In this document: piece after piece, positions 20,601 to 29,044 of the stretch | How positions within the stretch are numbered: position 1 is the stretch's first letter | Layout of the letters: every line of letters begins with the position of its first letter | Assembly: GCA_043814605.1 (NCBI GenBank) | Contig: JBDRJV010000028.1 | Coordinates: forward strand, 92,350-156,349 | Direction of reading: 5' to 3' | Length of the DNA: 64,000 bases | Origin: Candidatus Omnitrophota bacterium | Lineage (GTDB): Bacteria > Omnitrophota > Gorgyraeia > B26-G9 | The notes under the pieces: generated by a model | What the model saw: only the letters and a program-made list of their open reading frames with translations | What the model was told of the DNA's origin: nothing | Database searches by the model: none | Position numbers and translations under genes: made by a program

Positions 20601-21947
20601 ATTACCAATATGCCTGCTGAACGCAGATATATTAATATAGAAGGAAATTATATAGTCTGGCAGGACAAAAGAAATGGCAACTGGGATATCTACATGTATA
20701 ATATCGCAGATGGGGCAGAGGTGCAAGTTACTGATGAGCCTTGCGATCAGAAATATCCAGGCATCTCTGGTAACCGGATAGTTTGGCAGCAAATAAGAGA
20801 AAAAGATGGTTACTGGGATATCTATATGTATGATATTACAACTGGCGTAAAAACACAGATTACTGATTCCCCTTTTAATCAGCAACATCCCTGTATTTCA
20901 GGCAACCGCATAGTTTGGTCGGAAAAGATATTTTTTAACTGGCATGAAGATTCGGATATTTTTATGTATGATATAGCAAGCGGCCAGACAACGCAGATTA
21001 CTAACGATCCTGCAGCACAAGATTATCCAATTATCAAAGGAGATATGATAACCTGGCTTGACCACCGAAGTGATGACCTTTATGGGGATCTGATGTGGGA
21101 TATTTATATGTATAATTTAAATTATAATATCGAAGTTAAAGTTAATAATAATATGTTGTTCGGGGATTATGGTGGTTCTACTAATCCGACGAATATTCCT
21201 GTAATCTATGATGGCCGGATTCTCTGGGCAGGAGGTGATTATTATAATGATGGTATTTATGTATTTAACATGATATTTAATACACCGCCAGAAATTTTTC
21301 CTGTTTTTGCTCAAGAAGTTTTTGAGGAAAAACCAGTTGCTTTCTATGTACGAGCTACAGATAATGAAGGAGACGAATTAATATATAACGCGCAATTAGC
21401 TGTTTCCGGAGAGTTGGTTTCAACATTAGGCGCGAGTTTTACTACAGTTATTCTGGGAGATTTTAATCAGGATGGCCGAGTGGATATGCAGGATTGGTTG
21501 ATGTTCAGTTCAGCTTGGGGCGCAGTAAAAGGAGATGAAAATTATAATGCTCAAGTAGACTTAGACAGTGACGGAAAAATTAACATACTTGATCAGCAGA
21601 TATTTAGCACAAACTGGGGGACTACAGATTATTCTGGCACTAAGGCTGGATTTTTTGAATGGGTGCCTGCGCAGCATCAAGGGCCTGATGATTACGAATT
21701 GGAATTTATAGCTACAGATAATCATAATGCTGCAGGGAAGGGGTTAATTACAATTACAGTGTATATCCAGGGAGATTTTAATAAAGACGGCCGGGTAGAT
21801 ATGCAAGATTGGTTGATTTTTAGTTCAGCTTGGGGCGCAGTAAAAGGAGATGAGAATTATCTTCCGGATGTTGATCTAAATAATGACGGAAAAATTGATA
21901 TGCTTGATCAGCAAATATTTAGTAGTAATTGGGGGAGAACAGACTAA
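17616..21947 (+). CDS. Secreted peptidase C25 (gingipain-like cysteine protease) with beta-propeller repeats and two C-terminal dockerin domains
   Basis: Signal peptide. C25 signature region YVIITAAAFENVF..IRNFIIDAYENWNTEYVLLAGDGDG..IP plus His/Cys candidates (HVGHCNNF, NSQGCYPGAFD). About 5 repeats of 'GNRIVW..WDIYMYD..G..TQITD'. Two dockerin-type Ca-binding repeats (GDFNQDGRVDMQDW..DLDSDGKINILD and the GDFNKDGRVDMQDW paralog). Confidence 0.7.
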   Translation: MKKLFIVLFVLSMFSFLYCIIFTNNVFAEEIRIPIEFPEPILTPASNGYWHIEMNGMRSIANPGEPVLPVKGVKALIPYNNEIKSYHVELGRRIEQFGSYKIEPGQKEYPLSYEGKIDYTQPKKEIYKSAGVYPAKRASDKFNKQRLHGYEIAVINLHPVEYTPISGKIAYYDSMTLVIKTQKKSSTAAPFINRHSPGKERKCQVKNLPRHRKKLLSLIDNPQTLDTYNSAVDTQDNSVIQQENSGIADEQAAAAFGIVPSGDYRYVIITAAAFENVFQALVNHKILKGIMATIVTTEWIYANYDGTRPDGGIDNATKIRNFIIDAYENWNTEYVLLAGDGDGANLGGESEDSIIPARCLRSGGATIAADLYYACLDGSFDNDQDGEYGEENDGIDGEEVDLVAEVYVGRAPVDSISEAENFVNKTIQYDEIGGSYLQQCYMLGEYLWVKTWGADYMEEIRLGSDNYGYSTMGFIENEFFNVKTHYDKDNPPVGCHGQELVDIINNEVHILNHVGHCNNFFLAKLYVPDKNIFESEEQKNKYADVNLITNENPFFMNSQGCYPGAFDNKDAYTLNYLPDDCIAEHLLGEEKGAFALIVNSRYGWGILNSTNGPSQYYQRQFWDAVFREGILELGRANQDSKEDNIEFIDYGMNRYCYFTVNLLGDPQLQLHVSIPDIDFYLSAPLLNSCVKGTIDLIGTVDGNKLDSYELYYWEEKDAENKILLGKSFSPVNDGRLGVWDTTECVDGNYVLGVRVITNSIDSNAYWLERAIKVDNVNEPPVFKQTSSKGAIANDVLHPEEPERDVYLLFSVSAEDPDDPNTQAGTLVYSAENIPRRANFNADTGSFSWAPLISDIGRHTVTLKVQDSEHLITQNIDIYVFEADSTKITGTNYWDHCDIDEYQEPVIGKTLTYKVWQKDLGSIGADNIIFSNMSEIVKYNINEPQEPTRISDNGRDTRFLAVSQNRIVWNTRDYSNYEKILSDILIHDLESGQERQITNMPAERRYINIEGNYIVWQDKRNGNWDIYMYNIADGAEVQVTDEPCDQKYPGISGNRIVWQQIREKDGYWDIYMYDITTGVKTQITDSPFNQQHPCISGNRIVWSEKIFFNWHEDSDIFMYDIASGQTTQITNDPAAQDYPIIKGDMITWLDHRSDDLYGDLMWDIYMYNLNYNIEVKVNNNMLFGDYGGSTNPTNIPVIYDGRILWAGGDYYNDGIYVFNMIFNTPPEIFPVFAQEVFEEKPVAFYVRATDNEGDELIYNAQLAVSGELVSTLGASFTTVILGDFNQDGRVDMQDWLMFSSAWGAVKGDENYNAQVDLDSDGKINILDQQIFSTNWGTTDYSGTKAGFFEWVPAQHQGPDDYELEFIATDNHNAAGKGLITITVYIQGDFNKDGRVDMQDWLIFSSAWGAVKGDENYLPDVDLNNDGKIDMLDQQIFSSNWGRTD

Positions 21948-22062
21948 ATACTATATTGGAATGAGAATTTTAGTTAATAAACATAGCTAGAAATAAGAAT
22001 CCCCAGTCAAAAAGGCTGGGGATTTTCTCTGTTTAAAATTTACAAAGAAGATAGAAATAAAC

Positions 22063-22092
22063 TTGACATACCCTGGGGGGGTATGGTATACT
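22063..22092 (+). promoter_or_regulatory. CsoR promoter with embedded CsoR-type operator palindrome ATACCCTGGGGGGGTAT (22068-22084)
   Basis: ttgaca (22063-68), tatact (22087-92). The operator is near-identical to the B. subtilis copZA CsoR site (ATACCC-N-GGGGGTAT). Confidence 0.7.
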
Positions 22093-22112
22093 ATATTATG
22101 AAAGGAGGGCAA

Positions 22113-22385
22113 ATGAATAAATATCCTGACCATCAAGAAAACATAGTTTCATTTAAGCGGATAGAAGGCCAAATCAGGGGTATCCAAAAAATGGTTGAAG
22201 AACGCAAATACTGCGTGGATATCCTTACCCAGATACAGGCAGTAAAAGCAGCTTTGGCAAGGGTAGAAAGAAATATCTTACAGAAACATATTGAAAATTG
22301 TGTGGTAAATGCTGTTAAAGGAAAATCCGCAGTTGAAAAAAATAAAAAACTTGAAGAAATTTTTCAATTGCTCAAAAAGATGTGA
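22113..22385 (+). CDS. csoR: CsoR/RcnR-family copper-sensing transcriptional repressor
   Basis: RIEGQIRGIQKMVEE..YCVDILTQI..H..C pattern; start at Met-11 of the track ORF after RBS aaaggaggg. Confidence 0.8.
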   Translation: MNKYPDHQENIVSFKRIEGQIRGIQKMVEERKYCVDILTQIQAVKAALARVERNILQKHIENCVVNAVKGKSAVEKNKKLEEIFQLLKKM

Positions 22386-22399
22386 GAAAGGAGGAGAAA

Positions 22400-22525
22400 A
22401 TGAAATATTTGATCATCGCGCTAATAATTGCTGTTATTGCATTTTCAGGGATATCTATGTCAAATGCAAAAACAGAAGGCTGCAAATGTTCTCCATGTGA
22501 ATGTTCACCCTGTGAATGCCGTTAA
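22400..22525 (+). CDS. Unannotated 41-aa peptide: N-terminal TM helix plus C-terminal CxC-rich metal-binding tail (MKYLIIALIIAVIAFSGISMSNAKTEGCKCSPCECSPCECR)
   Basis: Perfect RBS aaaggagga 8 nt upstream, 14 nt after csoR stop, followed by a strong terminator. Not in the ORF track (<60 aa). Confidence 0.6.
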   Translation: MKYLIIALIIAVIAFSGISMSNAKTEGCKCSPCECSPCECR

Positions 22526-22546
22526 TTAAATGGAAACGAAAGTTTA

Positions 22547-22590
22547 GCGAAGAGGGAATATCATAAGCATTATCCCTCTTCGTTTTTTTG
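22547..22590 (+). terminator. Rho-independent terminator of the csoR-peptide operon
   Basis: gcgaagagggaata-loop-tatccctcttcg plus T7. Confidence 0.8.
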
Positions 22591-22843
22591 TCTTTAAAAT
22601 ACTGGCTCTTTAAATTAAATCTTTTATAAAATCTCTGCCCGCCTTATTATTATTGAGAAAAAAAGCATAATGTGATAAATTAATCATATGAAAATATGGC
22701 CAAAAAAGTTATTGGACAAGACAATTTTTTATAAATAAGAATTGTTTTTTTTATTTATGCCGACTTTCATAACGGACAGAAAGATAAATAGTAAGAAGGC
22801 ACAGGGGAAGTAGGGGCAGATTTTACAAGCTGATAAAATTCAT

Positions 22844-23179
22844 ATGAAACCAAAAACAAATAATCTATTTCAGGAAATCTCTGGGCAACTTTCCCAAGAA
22901 ATTTTTGATACCCTGCTGGAAACAGAAAATTTTCGTTTAGAACGCATAGTCTCTCAAGGCCAAAGCACTCCTCCCGGAGAATGGCTTGAGCAAAAACAGG
23001 ATGAGTGGGTTGTTTTACTCAGCGGTGCGGCCAGGCTATTATTTGCGCAAGATAAAACTCAACTGAATATGAAGCCCGGAGATTATGTGCATGTCCCGGC
23101 AAATTGTAAGCACCGGGTAGAATGGACAGAGCCGAATACGAAAACTGTTTGGCTTACTCTGCATTATGAAAATAAGTAA
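22844..23179 (+). CDS. Cupin-domain protein
   Basis: PGDYVHVPANCKHRV cupin motif; 111 aa. Confidence 0.55.
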   Translation: MKPKTNNLFQEISGQLSQEIFDTLLETENFRLERIVSQGQSTPPGEWLEQKQDEWVVLLSGAARLLFAQDKTQLNMKPGDYVHVPANCKHRVEWTEPNTKTVWLTLHYENK

Positions 23180-23241
23180 GGGTTTTTATTTATAACCTAG
23201 TAGTATAATACAACCCAGTTTTTGACAAGGAGACTGATTAA

Positions 23242-23685
23242 ATGCAATATTCGCAAGCTAAGCAAGGCAGAATATTTATTATCCGGCTAGAAGACGGAGA
23301 TATTATTCACGCGGAAATTGAAAAAGTTGCACGTGAAGAATCCATTAAAGCTGCAGCTTTAATTATTGTCGGCGGAGTGGACAAGGGCAGTAAGCTTATT
23401 GTCGGGCCTAAACAAGGGCGTAAAAAACCGGTTATAGCCATGGAACATATTTTGAACAATGTCCATGAGGTCGCCGGCACAGGCACTATTTTCCCGGATG
23501 AAAAAGGCAATCCCCTGTTGCATATGCATATTACTTGCGGCAGAAAAACCGCTACGGTAACCGGATGTATCCGCAAAGGCGTCAAGACCTGGCATGTTTT
23601 AGAGGTTATATTATTTGAATTGGTAAATACAAAATCAGCACGTGTTTTGGACAAAGTTACAGGATTTAAGTTGTTAAAAGCCTGA
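23242..23685 (+). CDS. PPC (DUF296) domain DNA-binding protein
   Basis: GRIFIIRLEDGDIIHAEIEKVAREESIKAAALIIVGG pattern typical of the PCC/DUF296 fold. Confidence 0.5.
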   Translation: MQYSQAKQGRIFIIRLEDGDIIHAEIEKVAREESIKAAALIIVGGVDKGSKLIVGPKQGRKKPVIAMEHILNNVHEVAGTGTIFPDEKGNPLLHMHITCGRKTATVTGCIRKGVKTWHVLEVILFELVNTKSARVLDKVTGFKLLKA

Positions 23686-23819
23686 TATGAAAAATCAGAT
23701 TAAAGATTAAAGAAGCAAGGCAATATTTAATTTGTAAAAATAATTCCCTCCTTATATTAAGCGCATTTTTGTGTTCAATTTTAGGGCTAGTTTAAAGGCT
23801 TGACAAAAATATTGTTCAA

Positions 23820-25106
23820 ATGAAAAAGCAAACCACATTTATTTTAGTTACAGTAATTATTACCTATTTAATAATTGAAATGTTTACAGGGATTGTTTTG
23901 TATTTTATCTCTGAGCGGAAATTTTGGTGGGATTTTGCTCTAAATAATAAAACGCAACTAATCCCAGAAAAATTAGCCAAGGAAGATATTGTTTTACCGC
24001 CTTGGCTTGTAAGAAATGATGAAAAACAGCTGATTCATCCCTATTTGGGGTTTATTAATAACCCGGCGCAAATGGAATCAACCCGGTTTGGATTTACCGA
24101 TAATAAGTCTCCTCTTCAAAAAAAATCTCAGGGTAAGATTATTGTCGGAATTTTTGGCGGGTCTGCAGCCGAAATATTTGCGCAATTCGGAAAGCAGGCA
24201 CTAAAAGAACAATTACAAAAATACCCAAAATTTACTGGTAAAGAAATTGTTGTGCTTAACCTGGCAATCGGCGGATATAAGCAGCCACAGCAGTTAATCG
24301 CGCTTAATTATATCCTGGCCTTAGGCGGAGAATTTGATATTGTGATTAGCTTGGACGGTTTTAATGAGGTGGTGCTGCCGGTTATTGATAACCTTCCGCA
24401 CGGGGTTAATCCTTTTTTCCCTTGCCGCTGGGATTTGAAAGTAAAAAGTGATGTTATAACCGAAAAAGAAATAGTTTTGCTATCAGAAATTATCCGGCTT
24501 AAGCAATTAAAGAAAAAACTAGCAGATTTTTATGCAAAAGGGTTATTACGTTATTCTCCTACAGTTTGTTTAATTGTGCAGCGCTTATATATTAATGCAG
24601 AAATAAATACCGCAAAAAAGAGAACGGCACTATTTGATCTGCCGAGAGTAGCGGAAAATAAAAGTGTGGTTGCTTGCGGGCCGGAATTTAGCTATGAAAC
24701 TAACCAGGAATTGTTTAAAGAGCTGACATCAGTATGGATAAAGGGATCAGTATTTATGCATAATTTATGTAAGAATAATGGGATTGAATATTTTCATTTT
24801 CTGCAGCCTTGCCAGTATCTCCCCGAGGCAAAAATAATGACGGATGCAGAACGTAAAATAGCTTTTAATGAAAAAGCCAGACACCGGCAAGCAGTTATTG
24901 ACGGGTATCCGTATTTAATAAAAGCAGTAGAACAGTTAAAGCAGAAAGGAATTATTTCCCAGGATTTAACCAAAGTTTTTTTAGATCACCCCGAACCAAT
25001 ATATATTGATGATTTTTGCCATTTTGGCCAAGCCGGCAGCCAAATTATTGCGGATGTTGTTGCAAAAACAATAATTCAAAAACTAGAAAAACAGTATTCC
25101 GATTGA
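23820..25106 (+). CDS. Membrane-anchored hypothetical protein (possibly an SGNH-like/AlgX-like fold)
   Basis: N-terminal TM helix; GIFGGSAAE and LDGFNE segments; no confident family assignment. Confidence 0.4.
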   Translation: MKKQTTFILVTVIITYLIIEMFTGIVLYFISERKFWWDFALNNKTQLIPEKLAKEDIVLPPWLVRNDEKQLIHPYLGFINNPAQMESTRFGFTDNKSPLQKKSQGKIIVGIFGGSAAEIFAQFGKQALKEQLQKYPKFTGKEIVVLNLAIGGYKQPQQLIALNYILALGGEFDIVISLDGFNEVVLPVIDNLPHGVNPFFPCRWDLKVKSDVITEKEIVLLSEIIRLKQLKKKLADFYAKGLLRYSPTVCLIVQRLYINAEINTAKKRTALFDLPRVAENKSVVACGPEFSYETNQELFKELTSVWIKGSVFMHNLCKNNGIEYFHFLQPCQYLPEAKIMTDAERKIAFNEKARHRQAVIDGYPYLIKAVEQLKQKGIISQDLTKVFLDHPEPIYIDDFCHFGQAGSQIIADVVAKTIIQKLEKQYSD

Positions 25107-25585
25107 TCGGTTATTTTTTTAATTATTTTTTTGCCGGGAAATTACAATTTAAAACTAACCCCATGCTTACTTAATTTTTATAAAAAATAACTTAAAAGAA
25201 ATATTTAGTATGCTATAATATGTAGTAATATAGGAACAATCGGCGGCTTTTTGGTTGTTGTGGGTAATGTAATTTCTGATCCGGATTCAACAAGTTCAAC
25301 AACAATTAATGAACGGTCAAATTGACGGTTGTGTTTATAGTACCGGGGAATTCAGAGTCAACGGAGGAGGAGCAGGCTTAAATGTTTTAGGTGGTGTTTG
25401 GTCTGGCAGTGATGGAGTAAGATTAAACGGATCTGTGGAAATTGAGTATCATAGACCTTATATGGATGCAATCCGATATGTTATTAACCCCAGTTCCGAT
25501 ATCCAATTAGTTTCCTGGCGCAAACTTTAAAACATTTTAATATTTTGATATTTTGATATTTTGATATTAATCTGAGAATCAATAC

Positions 25586-26749
25586 ATGCAAACTTTAATT
25601 TCTGATCTGAGTATATTACTTGTTGCTGCGGCAATATTATCGTATCTGGCAATAATCCTGAAACAGCCGATTATTATTGCGTATATTATTTGCGGGATTA
25701 TCATTGGGCCGGGCGGCCTCGGGTTAATCAAAGGTTTTGATTTTATTGAAATTATTTCTCATCTAGGTATTACCTTATTGCTTTTTTTAGCCGGCCTTTG
25801 CCTGCATCCGCAAAAACTTATTGGATTATTCAAAAAAACATCTCTGATTACATTTGCCAATTGTACAGTTTCATTCCTAGTCGCTTTTATATTTAGCTTA
25901 CTGTTTAAATTTAATTTTGTTGACAGTGTATGTATTGGGCTAGCGTTAATGTTTTCCAGCACAATTTTGGTGGTTAAATTATTGCCGACAACCAGATTGC
26001 ACCATGAGCGAATGGGCGCAATCTGTATCAGTATTTTAATATTACAGGATTTATTAGCTATTGCGGTTTTGGCTTTAGTGCGCAGTTTTAGTTTATCCGG
26101 GGTATTGCTAATTCAATTTCTTTTTTTGGTCATAAAACTTATTGCTTTTATCTTAATATTAATTTTAGTTGAGCAATTTATCTTAAGAAAAATAATGTAC
26201 CGGATCGAGCGTTTACACGAAGCTTTATTTATTTTAGGCCTGGCCTGGTGTTTTGGCATTGCGAGTATTTCCAACCAAATGGGTTTATTTTATGAAACCG
26301 GAGCTTTTTTTGCCGGGGTGGCTTTAGCGCGTCATAAAATTTCTCTTTTTATTTCGGAGAGCTTAAAACCATTACGGGATTTTTTCCTGGTTTTATTCTT
26401 CTTTACTTTAGGCGCGCGGTTAGATTTTTTTGTTTTAAAAAATGTTTGGCTGCCGGCATTTTTATTAGCAATTATTTTTATTGTCTTTAAACCGTGGTTA
26501 TTTAAAGTACTTTTTATTTGGGCCAAAGAAAAACCGGCTTTTTCACAAGAGCTGGGGATAAGATTAGGCCAGTTGAGCGAGTTTTCTTTACTGGTGGCAA
26601 TATTAGCTTTTCAGCTAGAGCATATCAGCAGTTCGGCATCACAATTAATTCAGCTAGTTACAATTTTTACTTTTATTATGTCTAGTTATATAGTTGTTTT
26701 AAAATATCCCACTCCGATCGGGACATCTGAACAGCTTATTCGTGATTAA
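25586..26749 (+). CDS. Cation:proton antiporter (CPA/Na+/H+ exchanger family)
   Basis: Polytopic protein; N-terminus IIAYIICGIIIGPGGLGLI is typical of Na+/H+ exchangers. Confidence 0.7.
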   Translation: MQTLISDLSILLVAAAILSYLAIILKQPIIIAYIICGIIIGPGGLGLIKGFDFIEIISHLGITLLLFLAGLCLHPQKLIGLFKKTSLITFANCTVSFLVAFIFSLLFKFNFVDSVCIGLALMFSSTILVVKLLPTTRLHHERMGAICISILILQDLLAIAVLALVRSFSLSGVLLIQFLFLVIKLIAFILILILVEQFILRKIMYRIERLHEALFILGLAWCFGIASISNQMGLFYETGAFFAGVALARHKISLFISESLKPLRDFFLVLFFFTLGARLDFFVLKNVWLPAFLLAIIFIVFKPWLFKVLFIWAKEKPAFSQELGIRLGQLSEFSLLVAILAFQLEHISSSASQLIQLVTIFTFIMSSYIVVLKYPTPIGTSEQLIRD

Positions 26750-26896
26750 ATTCAAACCCTGCAAATAAGATTTTACTGAAACGCTTTTATTTCTCCAAAA
26801 ATAAGTTTAAAATAGAAAAAACAGCTGTATACTAAATTAGTGTGTTTAATTTTTTAGTCCAAGTGGTTTTTTAAAAGAAGAAGGAAAGGGAAGGAT

Positions 26897-27211
26897 ATGG
26901 AGCAACCCTACAATAATAAAGAAGATTATTTACTGCAAAAGAAACTGTTAAGTTATCTGCTGGCAAAAACGGATAAACGCGCTAATGCGGCAGAACTTAT
27001 TAAACTAGCTTCCTGCCCGGGAAATATTTTTCGTCGTAATATTAATTTTATGCTTGAACAAGGATTTATCACCGGGAGAGAATTCTCTCTGGAATTTATT
27101 AAAGCCGGGGGTGATTCAAGCTTTAGAATGTCCGTTGTCTTAACGGCACAAGGGGAACAGCGGTTTGTGGATATGATCAAAGAAGAGCAGTCAAATTCAT
27201 TTTATGAGTGA
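26897..27211 (+). CDS. Hypothetical small protein (possible winged-helix)
   Basis: 104 aa; no motif recognised. Confidence 0.35.
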   Translation: MEQPYNNKEDYLLQKKLLSYLLAKTDKRANAAELIKLASCPGNIFRRNINFMLEQGFITGREFSLEFIKAGGDSSFRMSVVLTAQGEQRFVDMIKEEQSNSFYE

Positions 27212-27456
27212 ATTAATTATTGGACATGGCAAAAAAAGAAAGAGAAAATCGGCATAGATATTAATAAAAATTTAAACAGTGTTTACATCTCTTGACAACC
27301 TAAATGTTATGGCTTATCATATTATTTCACAGATAGTTATAATTGTTAAGTGTTTAATCGAATTGACCTGCCAAGTTAATTCATAGCAGTTTATAGTAGT
27401 GAGGCTTTTATATGAAAATTCTCCCGCTAAGACGGGATCATGGGGAGGAATAAATT

Positions 27457-28509
27457 ATGCCGGAATTTTTAAATAATATATATTTAGGAAATAGCCTTTT
27501 AAAATATCTTATTAGCGCAGGGATTTTTTTAGGAGCAGTGATTATTTTACAAGTCATCCGCAAAATGGTTATTACCCGCTTGAAAAAATTTTCCAGTAAA
27601 ACACAAACAGCAATCGATGATTTTGTGGTGAAAATTTTTCAACGAAATATGATGCCGCTGCTTTATTTAGGGGCATTATATATATCATTACAGAATTTAG
27701 TTGTGCCGGAACAAATAACCAAAATAGTTAATCTTTCAAGTATAATTATTTTGACAGTAATGGCAATCCGGTTTAGTGTGTCTTTGAGTACTTATGTATT
27801 ATATGCTTTTTGGATTAAAGACGAGAAAAACGAAGCGCGGGAAAGGTCGCTTAAAGGGGTTTTAAGTGTAATTAAAGTTATTGTTTGGGGCGGCGGTATC
27901 GTTTTTTTGCTGGATAATTTAGGATTTAAAATTTCTGCGGTAATTGCCGGATTAGGTATTGGCGGGATTGCGGTTGCTTTAGGCGCTCAGGCAGTTTTAG
28001 GAGATCTGTTCAGTTTTTTCTCTATTTTATTTGACCGGCCTTTTGAAATCGGCGATTTTATCATTGTTGGAGATTATTTAGGATCAGTTGAATACATTGG
28101 GATTAAAACTACCCGTATCCGCAGTTTAGGCGGCGAACAGCTGATTTTTTCTAATACAGACTTAACAAATTCGCGGGTGCGCAATTATAAAAGAATGCAA
28201 GAACGCCGTGTCGTATTTAAATTAGGGGTTACTTATGATACAAATTATGAAAAGATAAAAGAAATTCCCCGGATTGTTAAAAGTATCATAGAAAAAGTCA
28301 AAGAAACCAGATTTGACCGGGCGCATTTTTCCGCATACGGAGATTTTAATTTAGTAATAGAAGTTGTATATTATGTTTTAAGCCCGGATTATAATAAGTA
28401 TATGGATATTCAGCAGGAAATTAATTTAGCCATAAAGAAAGAATTTGAAGCAAAACAAATTGAATTCGCATTTCCCACTCAGACGTTATATGTGAATAAA
28501 CAAACATAG
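27457..28509 (+). CDS. MscS-family mechanosensitive channel
   Basis: TM helices plus conserved MscS beta domain (GDFIIVGDYLGSVEYIGIKTTRIRSLGGEQLIFSNTDL). A ttgaca-N17-tatcat promoter lies ~27292-27320. Confidence 0.8.
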   Translation: MPEFLNNIYLGNSLLKYLISAGIFLGAVIILQVIRKMVITRLKKFSSKTQTAIDDFVVKIFQRNMMPLLYLGALYISLQNLVVPEQITKIVNLSSIIILTVMAIRFSVSLSTYVLYAFWIKDEKNEARERSLKGVLSVIKVIVWGGGIVFLLDNLGFKISAVIAGLGIGGIAVALGAQAVLGDLFSFFSILFDRPFEIGDFIIVGDYLGSVEYIGIKTTRIRSLGGEQLIFSNTDLTNSRVRNYKRMQERRVVFKLGVTYDTNYEKIKEIPRIVKSIIEKVKETRFDRAHFSAYGDFNLVIEVVYYVLSPDYNKYMDIQQEINLAIKKEFEAKQIEFAFPTQTLYVNKQT

Positions 28510-28565
28510 TACAGCGTCTAGCGTTTAGCGATTAGCGTTTAGAAAAAAGAAATTTCTCGTTATTT

Positions 28566-28636
28566 GCTACTCTCTACTCGTTGAGAACATTAATATTAAT
28601 TTTAGCGAAATTCCCGCAAGGGCGGGGCTACTTTAA
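28566..28636 (+). repeat. Repeat element D copy 1 (71 nt: gctactctctactcgttgagaacattaatattaattttagcgaaattcccgcaagggcggggctactttaaa), ends 10 nt before the 28647 start
   Basis: Second copy at 32243-32313 (2 differences). Contains hairpin cccgc-aagg-gcggg and the rc of the agtagagagtagc motif. Preceded by the 'tagcgtttagcgattagcgtttag' micro-repeat (28518-28541). Confidence 0.7.
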
Positions 28637-28646
28637 AAGGTAAAGC

Positions 28647-29018
28647 ATGGCGCGTGAATTAATTATCATCGGGGATCGGGTATTAATTAAACCGGACAAT
28701 CAAAAAGAAATGACGAATTCAGGGCTTTATTTGCCGCAAGGGGCCTATGAAAAAGAAAAAGTTCATAGCGGGAAAATAATAAAAGTTGGACCAGGAATCC
28801 CGGTTCCTGAACCGCAAAATTTTCAAGATGAGCTATGGAAGGAAACTCAGGATAAGTCAACACAATATTTCCCGCTGCAGGCAAAAGTAAATGACCGGGC
28901 TATTTTTTTGAGAAATTCTGCTGTGGAAATTGAATATGAAGATATAAAATATGTAATTGTTCCTCAGGCTGCGATTTTAGCTTTGATCCGGGATGATCTT
29001 TTAGACGATATGATTTAA
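28647..29018 (+). CDS. GroES/Cpn10-like protein (long, with insertion), no adjacent GroEL
   Basis: GDRVLIKP..SGLYLP..EKEKVHSGKIIKVGPG..AIFLRNSAVEIEYEDIKYVIV matches the Cpn10 pattern with a ~25-aa insert. Confidence 0.5.
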   Translation: MARELIIIGDRVLIKPDNQKEMTNSGLYLPQGAYEKEKVHSGKIIKVGPGIPVPEPQNFQDELWKETQDKSTQYFPLQAKVNDRAIFLRNSAVEIEYEDIKYVIVPQAAILALIRDDLLDDMI

Positions 29019-29044
29019 ACTGTTTAAAAAACAAAGGCAAATAA

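Noticed and set aside
25309-25530. 73-aa ORF in the 480-nt spacer before the antiporter gene
   Set aside because: No RBS, Gly/Val-rich low-complexity translation, and it is followed by a tandem tattttga x3 repeat; it is most likely non-coding.
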